Assembly: GCA_032128875.1 (NCBI GenBank)
Contig: JAVLKG010000003.1
Location: 920,974-984,973, forward strand
Direction of reading: 5' to 3'
Source: Candidatus Melainabacteria bacterium 17Bon1m
GTDB lineage: Bacteria > Cyanobacteriota > Vampirovibrionia > Obscuribacterales > Obscuribacteraceae
Length of the DNA: 64,000 nucleotides
Of the stretch, positions 29,700 to 38,926 are shown one piece after another. The position numbers and the translations under genes were made by a program. The notes beneath the pieces are model-generated. The model did not search any database. It saw nothing but the letters and a program-made list of their open reading frames with translations, and was not told the DNA's origin. Each line of letters begins with the position of its first letter. The stretch's first letter is position 1.

Positions 29700-30809
29700 A
29701 TGGAAGTCCTGGTAGTAAAACTGAGCGCGATCGGTGATGTCGTTCACAGTTTGCCGGCCATTAGTTTGCTGAAACAACGCGTTCCTCAGGCCAAAATCAC
29801 CTGGGTCGTCGAACCCTTGTCTAAGGATTTGCTCCAGGGAAATCCTCTCGTTGAAAACGTTGTCGTTTTTGAGAAGAAGAAGTTCAAGTCCCTCTCTGCC
29901 AATGCCATCAAGGCTTTTGCCAGCGAATTGAAGCGGACGAAGTATGACTACGCTATCGATCTGCAAGGTCTTTTCAAGAGTGCTGCAATTTGCCGCGGCT
30001 CTGGCGCCCGCAGAATATTCGGATTTGCAGATGCGCGTGAGATGGCACCACTTATGTACACCGACCGAATCAAGACTGGTGACTATTACTCTTTTGATGA
30101 TCACGTAGTCCTGCACAACATGCGCCTTGCTAACGCTTTGGCTAACTCGATTACGGGAAAAAAAGCCGATGTTGGCGACGATCAAGCTTTAGCATCAGCA
30201 GCCAAATTTGTCTTGCCTTCCATTAATGATGCTTCGAGTCAAAAAATTGAAAAGCACTTCGCAGAAGAGCAGGCTGCTCACGGAATAGCTGGCTCGGAGC
30301 ATGCACCTCTGGTGGTGCTGATTCCAGGCACAACTTGGATTACGAAGATTTGGCCGATGCCATCATGGGCGACACTGGCTGAAAAGTTTGCGGCGAAAGG
30401 ATATCGAATTGCCCTGATTGGCTCAAAAGGAGAAGCGCAGACCAACAAAGAGCTTGCCGATAGTGTGCGTAAAAACGCTTCAGGAGCCAATGTAATAGAC
30501 ATCACAGGCAAAACAAGCCTTGTTGATTTGATGGCGTTGTTTTCGCGAGCACAGCTTGTCGTCGGCGGTGATACCGGACCCCTTCACCTCGCTGCTGCAG
30601 TTGCCGGACCTGCAATCGTAGGTGTTTATGGAAGCACTCCAATTGGTCGAAATGGTCCTTTTGGTGCACAATGTTCGACTGTCTCGACTGCGCTGGAATG
30701 CCAGCCCTGCTTTTCCTCTACTTGCAAGATTACGACCCTTGCATGTTTGAGAGAATTGAGTCCAGATGCGGTTTTCGCCAAATCTATGAGCGCCGTTGGA
30801 AATTGCTAG
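29700..30809 (+). CDS. GT9 lipopolysaccharide heptosyltransferase (WaaC-like)
   Basis: KLSAIGDVVH, IDLQGLFKSA, GDTGPLHLAAA. Confidence 0.92.
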   Translation: MEVLVVKLSAIGDVVHSLPAISLLKQRVPQAKITWVVEPLSKDLLQGNPLVENVVVFEKKKFKSLSANAIKAFASELKRTKYDYAIDLQGLFKSAAICRGSGARRIFGFADAREMAPLMYTDRIKTGDYYSFDDHVVLHNMRLANALANSITGKKADVGDDQALASAAKFVLPSINDASSQKIEKHFAEEQAAHGIAGSEHAPLVVLIPGTTWITKIWPMPSWATLAEKFAAKGYRIALIGSKGEAQTNKELADSVRKNASGANVIDITGKTSLVDLMALFSRAQLVVGGDTGPLHLAAAVAGPAIVGVYGSTPIGRNGPFGAQCSTVSTALECQPCFSSTCKITTLACLRELSPDAVFAKSMSAVGNC

Positions 30810-30841
30810 GATGTTCTGGAAAACATACATATATAGGATGC

Positions 30842-30876
30842 AAAAAAGGGACCACATTCCTGTGACCCCTTCTTTT
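30842..30876. terminator. Possible bidirectional terminator
   Basis: A6-GGG...CCCC-TTCTTTT imperfect hairpin between convergent genes. Confidence 0.4.
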
Positions 30877-30909
30877 GAATTCTGTAGAACTTGATTAGCT
30901 GGCTGGGGC

Positions 30910-31365
30910 TTATTCCCAGATCCACTTGTTCAAGCTGCCGCTCCACTCCACCAGCTCTTCTGGCTTGAAGAAGATGCCGATTTCACGCTGACCGTTTTCC
31001 GGACTGTCAGAGCCGTGCACGATATTGCGGCCGATTTCGACAGCCAGATCGCCGCGGATGGTTCCTGGGGCTGCGTCTGCGGGCTTGGTAGCGCCGATTG
31101 TTTGACGGGCGAGGGCAACTGCGTTTTTGCCTTCAAGCGCCATTGCAACGATCGGGCCAGAGGTGATGTAGCTGACCAAACCATCGTAAAACGGTTTTCC
31201 TTTGTGCTCACCATAGTGTTGCTCGGCCATCTCTTTGGTGACCTTCATGAATTTCATGCCGATGATCTTCAATCCACGCTTTTCAAAGCGTCCGACAACT
31301 TCGCCGATCAAAACACGCTCGACACCGTCCGGCTTCACTGCCACAAATGTACGTTCTGTTGCCAC
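30910..31365 (-). CDS. ndk: Nucleoside diphosphate kinase
   Basis: ERTFVAVKPDG, PGTIRGD, NIVHGSDS; GTG at 31365 with AAGGAG RBS. Confidence 0.97.
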   Translation of the reverse strand: MATERTFVAVKPDGVERVLIGEVVGRFEKRGLKIIGMKFMKVTKEMAEQHYGEHKGKPFYDGLVSYITSGPIVAMALEGKNAVALARQTIGATKPADAAPGTIRGDLAVEIGRNIVHGSDSPENGQREIGIFFKPEELVEWSGSLNKWIWE

Positions 31366-31650
31366 CTGAAAACTCCTTGATAAGACCTGTCGGGAAGACA
31401 CTCGCTCTCCCGGCCAATATGGCAAACCATCCTATTAGATCTGATCCCAGAGTTGCCCTAACTCATCCAGTGAAGTTAACAAAGCACCGAAAAATTTCGC
31501 CTAATCTTTGGTTGTCACGAGAATCGCGGCAGAAAATTTCCACCCGCCCCGGTAGATCCAAAACAGCGAATCGTTATCGATTCGGTTTCAGCCAAATTAG
31601 CTGCAAGGCTCCTTTTAGTGAGCCTGTTTGCCTTTCAGATTTCGGTGCCT

Positions 31651-34392
31651 TTAGGTGGTCTTGATCAGTTTTGCGAATCTCGGGTCAAGAAGACGGCGGC
31701 CTGCCTCGTCAAATTCGACGTTGTAAAGCTCTTTGTCTTGATCGCCTATGACTTGAACAACTGTCCCGATTCCAAATTTGGCGTGTTGGACTTTGTCGCC
31801 CACAGCCAAGCGCTCGAAAGAAACAGGTGCGCTGGTTTCCTGTGAGTGTTGTGTTTTGGCTGGTGGCTGAGCATTCGGGTCCATGCGCATGGCGCGTGGT
31901 TTTGCCGGGGGCTGCGAAGAGCCGCTTCTTTGAGCTCCGCCGCCATACGAATTATTGGAGCCGTAGCCGCCTCCTCCACCGTAATTGTTAGGTCGCGAAT
32001 TGCCGCTGTTTCCATAATTTGTTGGGCGTGAATTGCCACTGCTTCCGTAATTTGTCGGACGGGAGTTGCCACCACTTCCGTAATTGGTAGGGCGCGAGTT
32101 GCCACCACTTCCGTAATTGGTAGGGCGCGAGTTGCCGCCGCCATAATTACCGCCACCACCGTAATTGTTCGGTCGTGAATTGCCACCACCGTAATTATTG
32201 TTGTTTTGGTATCCGCCGCCGCCGCGAGACGGAGCTTGCCCCCATCCGCCGCCTTGCACGAATGGGTCGTCTTGTTCGATTTCTTGTCTGCGTTCGCCGG
32301 CTGGTGGTGGATAGTATCCAGCCAACAATCCCGGAGTAATTTCGCGAAGAAAACGACTTGGAACCGTGTAATTGGAAGTAAATCCAGAACCGCCGGCAGG
32401 TCCGCGGCCCAAGATCATGCGTTTGCGAGCCAGCGTTAAATAGAGAGAATCTTCCGCGCGGGTGACGCCTACATACATGAGGCGCCTTTCTTCTTCCATT
32501 GCTGTCTCAGAATCAAGGGAGCGCATGTGTGGGAAAAGACCTTCTTCCAAGCCTGAAAGAAAAACGACAGGGAATTCCAATCCTTTTGCTGCGTGCAATG
32601 TCATCAACGTAACGGAGTCTTCGCCTTCGCGCACTGCATCGAGATCGCTAACCAGTGAAATACGTGTGAGGAAAGAGTCGAGATCCGGCTCATCCGCCGA
32701 CTTTTCAAATTCTTGCGCCACCGCAATCAATTCTCGAACGTTTTCAATTCGGCCTAGCGCAAGTTCGTCTTTGCTCGAATTTGCATCTTCCTGCAACTTG
32801 TCGATGTACTTTGTTTCTTTAAGTAGCGTTTCGAGAAGTTGAGACACCGGAATGCTCTTCGAGAGCATGTGCCAGCGATTGACCATCTCGCCGAATTCTT
32901 TGAGCGATTTTCCTGTTTTGCCAGCGATATCGCGAATAGTCTCTGCTTCCAGGCAGGCTTGAATTGGGCTGATGCCACTTTCAATTGCATATTGATTGAC
33001 GCGGTCGAGCGTTGTTTTGCCCAGCCCTCTTCTCGGCACATTGATGACTCGATTGAAAGACTGACCATCTGCGGGATTGTAGATGAGTTTTAAATACCCG
33101 AGTACGTCTTTGATTTCTTGTCTTTCGTAGAATCGAGTGCCACCAACTATGGTGTACTGAATATGGTTGCGAACCAAAACTTCTTCAAGCGCCCGTGACT
33201 GAGCGTTGGTTCTATATAAGAGTACGCAGTCCTTAAGAGTGCGTCCGCGAGCAGTAAGTCGCTTAAGTTCTTCGACAATGTAATAAGCTTCGTCGATCTC
33301 ATCTTGCGCTTCGAAGCATTGCACCTTGCCGCCCTTGTCTCTATTGCAGCGAAGTACTTTGTCGATACGCTCCGAGTTGTTGGAGATGATGCTATTTGCG
33401 ACATCCAAAATTGTCGCCGTCGAGCGATAGTTTTCTTCCAGTTTGATCAAGCGCGCCGGCTTGAAGTCGTTTTGGAAGCTGAGCATGATTTTGTAGTCGG
33501 CTTTGCGCCATGAGTAAATGGATTGGTCGACGTCGCCTACTACCATTAAAGTGCGCTCCGTCCAGGGATCTTGTCCCAGAACTTCCTCTGCCGGTTCTGC
33601 AAGCATGCGAATCAAATCGAACTGCGCTCTGTTTGTATCCTGAAATTCGTCTACAAGGATGTGGCGGAAGCGATAGTGATGGCGATTGCGCACGCCTGGG
33701 CAAGTTTTCAAAACCTGCGTAAAAGTAAGAATTAGATCATCAAAATCCATAGCGTTGTTGCGCGCCAGGTCCGCTTGATACGCAAGAAAGATTTCCGACA
33801 AGCGGCTTTCTCTGTAACTCTTCGCCTCCTGCGCATACAGTTGTGCCGTGAAGCCGTCGTTCTTCAAAGCCGAAATTGCGTAGCGCATTTCACGAGGCAC
33901 GAAAACCTTTTCGTCCAAATTCAATCGAGAGATGACTCCTTTCATCAAGCTGAGGGAGTCGGTTTCATCATAAATAACGAAATTGCTTTTGAGCTTATGC
34001 CCTTCCGGAGTCGTGTATTCCTCGATGTCATAGCGAAGCAGGCGGGCACAAATGCTATGGAACGTACCAATTACTGTCTTTCTAGCCGTCTGCCAACCGA
34101 CAATTTTCTCGATACGGTTCTTCATCTCCTGCGCGGCTTTATTTGTAAAGGTAACTGCCAGGATAGTTTCGGCTTCCTGATTCATCTCAGAAATCAGATA
34201 AGCGATGCGTCGAGTCAAGACCGTCGTCTTGCCCGAGCCGGCGCCGGCGATGACCAGGCACGGACCCCAGCCGGCGGTGACCGCTTCGGCCTGTTGGGGG
34301 TTCAGATTTTTCAGCAATTCGCTGTCAGATCTGTATTCCGATTGTTCAGGTGTAGAGCCAGTTTGCATTTCTAATTCAGATCCCAGTACCAT
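31651..34392 (-). CDS. pcrA: ATP-dependent DNA helicase PcrA/UvrD with long low-complexity linker
   Basis: AGAGSGKT, TFTNKAA, DEFQD, NYRS, TLHAAKGLEF, YVGVTRA; C-terminal HAKFGIG Tudor-like domain; start uncertain (34368-34428). Confidence 0.95.
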   Translation of the reverse strand: MVLGSELEMQTGSTPEQSEYRSDSELLKNLNPQQAEAVTAGWGPCLVIAGAGSGKTTVLTRRIAYLISEMNQEAETILAVTFTNKAAQEMKNRIEKIVGWQTARKTVIGTFHSICARLLRYDIEEYTTPEGHKLKSNFVIYDETDSLSLMKGVISRLNLDEKVFVPREMRYAISALKNDGFTAQLYAQEAKSYRESRLSEIFLAYQADLARNNAMDFDDLILTFTQVLKTCPGVRNRHHYRFRHILVDEFQDTNRAQFDLIRMLAEPAEEVLGQDPWTERTLMVVGDVDQSIYSWRKADYKIMLSFQNDFKPARLIKLEENYRSTATILDVANSIISNNSERIDKVLRCNRDKGGKVQCFEAQDEIDEAYYIVEELKRLTARGRTLKDCVLLYRTNAQSRALEEVLVRNHIQYTIVGGTRFYERQEIKDVLGYLKLIYNPADGQSFNRVINVPRRGLGKTTLDRVNQYAIESGISPIQACLEAETIRDIAGKTGKSLKEFGEMVNRWHMLSKSIPVSQLLETLLKETKYIDKLQEDANSSKDELALGRIENVRELIAVAQEFEKSADEPDLDSFLTRISLVSDLDAVREGEDSVTLMTLHAAKGLEFPVVFLSGLEEGLFPHMRSLDSETAMEEERRLMYVGVTRAEDSLYLTLARKRMILGRGPAGGSGFTSNYTVPSRFLREITPGLLAGYYPPPAGERRQEIEQDDPFVQGGGWGQAPSRGGGGYQNNNNYGGGNSRPNNYGGGGNYGGGNSRPTNYGSGGNSRPTNYGSGGNSRPTNYGSSGNSRPTNYGNSGNSRPNNYGGGGGYGSNNSYGGGAQRSGSSQPPAKPRAMRMDPNAQPPAKTQHSQETSAPVSFERLAVGDKVQHAKFGIGTVVQVIGDQDKELYNVEFDEAGRRLLDPRFAKLIKTT
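31981..32193 (-). repeat. Coding 33-bp tandem repeats (GGNSRP[T/N]NYG, six copies) in pcrA
   Basis: Seen directly in DNA and protein. Confidence 0.9.
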
Positions 34393-34695
34393 GCCTGCTT
34401 GTGCCTCATGACATTGTCTCAAGTGCAATTATGCTATGATTCCAACCGGCTTTTCCAAGATTTTGCTTGGTCGGCTTCAAACCGCAAATCGTCTCGTTTC
34501 CGAGCGGTTTAACAAGTTTGCAGAAGAATCAGAGATAAAAGCCTAACGGGACAGCGCCTAAGTGTTGATTATAATTTGTAAACTGCACTTTCGCCCAAAT
34601 CCCCTCCCGATGCGCAGACCGGTAATCTAGGTTCTGCAATCGACAAGATAAATTCTTGGTACTAACAACTCGGATAACCCCAACGGATATACGCG

Positions 34696-35214
34696 ATGCC
34701 TTCACCTGAATCGACCTCCGCAACTCTCCCTTCCGTCGATGAGTTAGCGCAGGAGCTTTTACTAATTCAGCAGGGCGGTCCGAAGAAAGTCGCAATCATC
34801 GGCACCAGAAACCTGACTCTTACCCACCAACAACTGGTCGAAATGTTGACCTACGCGCTGGTCCTTTCCGGCAACCAGGTTGTCACCAGTGGTGGTGCCA
34901 ACGGAACCAACATGGCAGTCATCCGCGGCGCCAAGCGTGCGAATCCCGACCGCCTCGACATCATTTTGCCGCAGACCATTGCGCAGCAGCCCAGCGAAGT
35001 GCAAGACCTGCTCACCGGTATCACTCACATCACCGAGTACCCGGACCGTCGCACCATGACGCTCGCTGAAGCTTCCAAAATCTGCAACCACGAAATTATC
35101 GACCGCAGCCAGCAAGTTATATGCTTCCTGTATCACACGAGCCACACGCTGCTCGAGTCGGTCAATTACGCAAAAGAAAATCGCAAGATTATTACATCGT
35201 TTTATCTGGATTAG
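34696..35214 (+). CDS. Short DprA/Smf (SLOG) family protein of cyanobacterial type
   Basis: VDELAQEL...IIGTRN...YALVLSGN..TSGGANGTN..ILPQ..CNHEII..FYLD. Confidence 0.8.
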   Translation: MPSPESTSATLPSVDELAQELLLIQQGGPKKVAIIGTRNLTLTHQQLVEMLTYALVLSGNQVVTSGGANGTNMAVIRGAKRANPDRLDIILPQTIAQQPSEVQDLLTGITHITEYPDRRTMTLAEASKICNHEIIDRSQQVICFLYHTSHTLLESVNYAKENRKIITSFYLD

Positions 35215-35349
35215 CCTTCTAGAATTAACGCTGCAAGTGCTTAAATTAAGGAAGCGCAAGCTGACTTATTCAGTTTGCTTTTGAAAGAAACAGTTGCCTC
35301 ATTGGTCTACCTGCGGATTTCTACCTTGCCTGAAGCAATCCTGACTCAC

Positions 35350-36444
35350 ATGAAAGAACCGAGCGTTATTGTTCCGTTTTTCGCGTCCCTGGTAGTCGGG
35401 CTGTGCGTATTTCCCTTCTATATAAAGTGGCTCAAGTCCAAACAAGTCGAGCAGTACTTGCGAGAAGAAGGACCGAAGAGCCATGCCGCTAAGGCAAAAA
35501 CCCCAACAATGGGCGGTTTGGGCTTTATTTTTGCAATCTTTATCGGCATAATCCCCTCTTTGATTATTGCTGGAAAAGCGCCCTGGACTTCTCTTCTGAT
35601 TCTCAGCGCCGCCGGTGCCTGCGCCTTGCTCGGATTTGCTGACGATTACGGCAAAGTGACGAGCAAGAGCAACAAGGGTATTTCTGGAAAACTGCGCCTG
35701 GCTGTTGAATTTTCTTTGGGGCTTGGACTGGCAATTGGACTCTGGTTTTTTGGAAACGATGCAGGCAAAGTAATTCTCTTACCTTCTGCCGACGGTTCCA
35801 TTTATTCATTCGCTCTGCCACTCTGGGCATTTATCGGCGCGTCGATGTTTATCATGGCTGCAACTACCAATGCAATCAATTTGCATGACGGCATGGACGG
35901 CTTGGCCGGCGGTACGTGTTTCCTTGCTTTCGCCACAATGGCTGTGATTTTGCTCGTGACTGGACAATATGCAAACGCCGCCATCGCCTCCGCCGCAGCC
36001 GGTGGGCTGGCAGCGTTTCTAGTGTTCAACAAAAACCCGGCAAAAGTGTTTATGGGCGACACGGGCAGCCTCTTTCTCGGCGGCTTAATGGGTGCTCTTG
36101 TTATGAGTGGTGGACTGATTCTCTGGTTTGTCCCACTCTCTTTGATCTACATTGCCGAGACAGTTTCCGTGATGATGCAAGTCAGCTATTTCAAACTGAC
36201 CAAAGAGTTCAAACCCGATAAACCGATGCTACCAATTATGGTGGCATGGCATAAGCTCACGCACAAACTTCCAGGTGAAGGGAAACGCATTTTTAGAATG
36301 GCTCCGCTCCATCACCACTTCGAAGCTGTGATGGCAGAACGCAATACCGGGGAGGCTAGCGTCGTCTCGATGTTCTGGCTGGCCCAGGCGCTTCTATGCG
36401 CGGCGATACTTTCCGCCTTCTTTCTCTCAGGCGCAAAACTGTAG
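35350..36444 (+). CDS. mraY: Phospho-N-acetylmuramoyl-pentapeptide transferase
   Basis: EGPKSH..KTPTMGG, DDY, DGMDGL, FMGDTGS, MAPLHHHFE. Confidence 0.96.
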   Translation: MKEPSVIVPFFASLVVGLCVFPFYIKWLKSKQVEQYLREEGPKSHAAKAKTPTMGGLGFIFAIFIGIIPSLIIAGKAPWTSLLILSAAGACALLGFADDYGKVTSKSNKGISGKLRLAVEFSLGLGLAIGLWFFGNDAGKVILLPSADGSIYSFALPLWAFIGASMFIMAATTNAINLHDGMDGLAGGTCFLAFATMAVILLVTGQYANAAIASAAAGGLAAFLVFNKNPAKVFMGDTGSLFLGGLMGALVMSGGLILWFVPLSLIYIAETVSVMMQVSYFKLTKEFKPDKPMLPIMVAWHKLTHKLPGEGKRIFRMAPLHHHFEAVMAERNTGEASVVSMFWLAQALLCAAILSAFFLSGAKL

Positions 36445-36463
36445 AATTGAATGAGTTAGAAGC

Positions 36464-36486
36464 GTGGGGGCGCGTTGCACGCGCTC
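36464..36486. repeat. REP-like palindrome
   Basis: GTGGGGGCGCGTTGCACGCGCTC, similar to the unit at 49140. Confidence 0.55.
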
Positions 36487-36528
36487 AGATATTTTGCGCC
36501 GGTGCTTAAGCGTTACCCTTTCGCGTAC

Positions 36529-37353
36529 CTATTTCGCCTGCAAATCTTTCATGCGCACTTTCAAAAGGCGTTCGATCAGATGCCCTGTGTTGTCCGGATT
36601 GTCGCACAAGTAGTCAGGTTTGCCAGTCCAGTGTTTTCCGACTCTCACGGCAATGCCGCCACGTTTGAGCACGTATGAAAAACCAGGCTCATCTGCTTCT
36701 GAATCGCCGGCAAACATAAAGAATGTCTCTTTGACCTCATCGCCCACCAGTCCGAAATGCTCGGCTACATTCGCCAGCCCGAGACCTTTGTCCCAGTCGA
36801 AATCAGGCATGAATTCTATACTTGTCTGCAATCTTCTAATTCGCAGATGCGGAATTTCAAAATACGCTTCGCGGACTGCTGCTTCAATTACCGGCATCAT
36901 ATCTGGTGGCGTAAGATGATAATGCAGGCAGATAGTCAGTTCATGATCTTCCAAAATTGTTCTTGTCGAAGGTGGCACAAGTTTTTCCAACCGGCCCCTT
37001 AGATGCGCAATTGATTCACGATGGTGATCGCCCACCTGAAGCGTTCTTTGGTCACTTCCGGCATAGAGAATTTCCATGCCGTAATTGCCTGCCAGTGTAA
37101 GCGGTGCATCTCCAAAATCACTCTTTAAAAATGGGATTGGACGAGCGCTGACGATTGCCACATGGACATTAGGCAGCTTTGCAAGTTCGCGCAAGGCGTG
37201 CACCGTTTCTGGTGGCACCTTGGAAGCCGCCGGATCTACTGTGAAAGGAGCCAGAGTGCCATCGCGATCGAAGGCGAGAAGCCAGTTTTTCTTATGAAAG
37301 AGCTGTTTAAGCCTTTCTTCTACAGGGTTGGATTCCATGCCGAGATTAACCAC
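36529..37353 (-). CDS. otsB: Trehalose-6-phosphate phosphatase (HAD)
   Basis: FDRDGTLAP, IVSAR, GNYGME, LHY, DKG, GDSEADE. Confidence 0.88.
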   Translation of the reverse strand: MVNLGMESNPVEERLKQLFHKKNWLLAFDRDGTLAPFTVDPAASKVPPETVHALRELAKLPNVHVAIVSARPIPFLKSDFGDAPLTLAGNYGMEILYAGSDQRTLQVGDHHRESIAHLRGRLEKLVPPSTRTILEDHELTICLHYHLTPPDMMPVIEAAVREAYFEIPHLRIRRLQTSIEFMPDFDWDKGLGLANVAEHFGLVGDEVKETFFMFAGDSEADEPGFSYVLKRGGIAVRVGKHWTGKPDYLCDNPDNTGHLIERLLKVRMKDLQAK

Positions 37354-38707
37354 CGGTGATTAACGAGCCTGGGTGGTCTTTCTGAACTTGTTGCATGTCT
37401 TCTTTCTTGACGCCCTTGCAGCGGTCTGCATCGACTCGAGCCAGCGCTGAAATGCGCATGATAGAGCTGAGCCCCGCTTTTGTAATTGCTGTGCCGGAGG
37501 CTCTGACGTAGCGCAATCCCTTCATTTGAGAGAGGGACTTGCAGCCGGAATCAGTAATGCTGGTGTCGCTGATATCCAAGCTTTCCAACTTGGGAAAGGT
37601 GCTGATTGTCTTCAGACCAGCATCACCGATTTTAGTGTCGGGGATATAGAGTTCGGTCAAAGCAGGCGCTTGAGCGAGTGCAGACAAGCCTTCGTCCGTG
37701 ATTGAAGTTTTTCCGAGATTCAAAATGGAGAGAACCGGTGCCGATTTGAAAGTCGCCAGCGCTTTGTTGGAAATTTTTGTTCCACTTATATCAAGTGTAC
37801 GCAAGCGCAAATTCTTCAGTGCTGCTATGCCTTTGTCCGTGACGCTTGTTGAAGCCAGGGAGAGCTCTCTCAGGTTCTTCAATTTCTGAAGCGATGGAAT
37901 TCCAGTATCGGAAACTTTGGTTTTTGCCAGATTCAGTGACACCAAATTTGATGCCGTCATTACTTTGGCGATTGTCGCGTCGCTGACTTTCGTTCCACCC
38001 AGGTCAAGACCGATCAAGAAGCGGAAGGACGGCACGGTATCGAAAGTTGCGCCGGTAACTTCAGTGTCTTCGAGAGCCAAATTGTCGAGCGCGCTGTAAG
38101 AAGAAAGTTGTTTCAGCCCTTCTTCCGTAATTTTGGTTTTGTTCAGGTTCAGCGTTTTGAGTTTGCGCAGAGCGGCTAGACTGGCCAGTCCTTTGTCGGT
38201 TACATCGGTGTCGTTCAGCGAAATTTGTTCAAGCGTTTCGATTTTTCCAAGAGACGCCAGCCCTTTGTCGGTGACCTGCGATTTTGAGAGATCGATGCGA
38301 GAAAGTTTCAAATTCTGAATCTTCGACAATACATCGTCGCCCATTTTTGTGTTGCTCAGGACGAGATCGCGCAGTCCGGTCATTTTGCCGATTACGCCAC
38401 CTTCAACGTCGGTAAGATTACTGCCCGTGAGGACAAGTGTTTTCAAGCCGGTCTGCTGCGACATCAGGTTGACTTCTTTCATCGTCAACACGCGACCGGT
38501 GAGGTTGAGAATGTTTGTCTTTTTTGAAGCTTCGATGATTTTCTCGACCGAATCTTCTTTGGGTTCAACTTTGGCGGGAGCCATTCCTTGAGCTGGGGCT
38601 CCGGGCGCTTTTGCCGCCGGTGCCGCTGGAGCTGGCTGCAGAGAAACGCCGCCCAGGGATATGGAGAGTGACGCCAGAAGACATGCGACTCGCTTGAACA
38701 TATACAA
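37346..38707 (-). CDS. Exported leucine-rich repeat protein
   Basis: Signal peptide; about 14 repeats of LxxLxLxxTxVTDxGLxxL. Confidence 0.9.
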   Translation of the reverse strand: MYMFKRVACLLASLSISLGGVSLQPAPAAPAAKAPGAPAQGMAPAKVEPKEDSVEKIIEASKKTNILNLTGRVLTMKEVNLMSQQTGLKTLVLTGSNLTDVEGGVIGKMTGLRDLVLSNTKMGDDVLSKIQNLKLSRIDLSKSQVTDKGLASLGKIETLEQISLNDTDVTDKGLASLAALRKLKTLNLNKTKITEEGLKQLSSYSALDNLALEDTEVTGATFDTVPSFRFLIGLDLGGTKVSDATIAKVMTASNLVSLNLAKTKVSDTGIPSLQKLKNLRELSLASTSVTDKGIAALKNLRLRTLDISGTKISNKALATFKSAPVLSILNLGKTSITDEGLSALAQAPALTELYIPDTKIGDAGLKTISTFPKLESLDISDTSITDSGCKSLSQMKGLRYVRASGTAITKAGLSSIMRISALARVDADRCKGVKKEDMQQVQKDHPGSLITGG

Positions 38708-38926
38708 ACCCTACAGAAAAACGGTGACTAATGGCGGCAAAGCTTACTTTGAAACAATTTTTCTTGCCAGTGATCTTCTCTAACGGGCACTCCCGCCCGT
38801 ATTTTGTGCGCCTGTAATTGACCTGCCCGAGCGGGTTCGGCTCGGCGGCAGGATTGTCATCTCTTGCTTAACCAACTTTAGGATCTCAAGAATATACTCT
38901 TGAGTATAAGAAAGTGAATTTGTACG

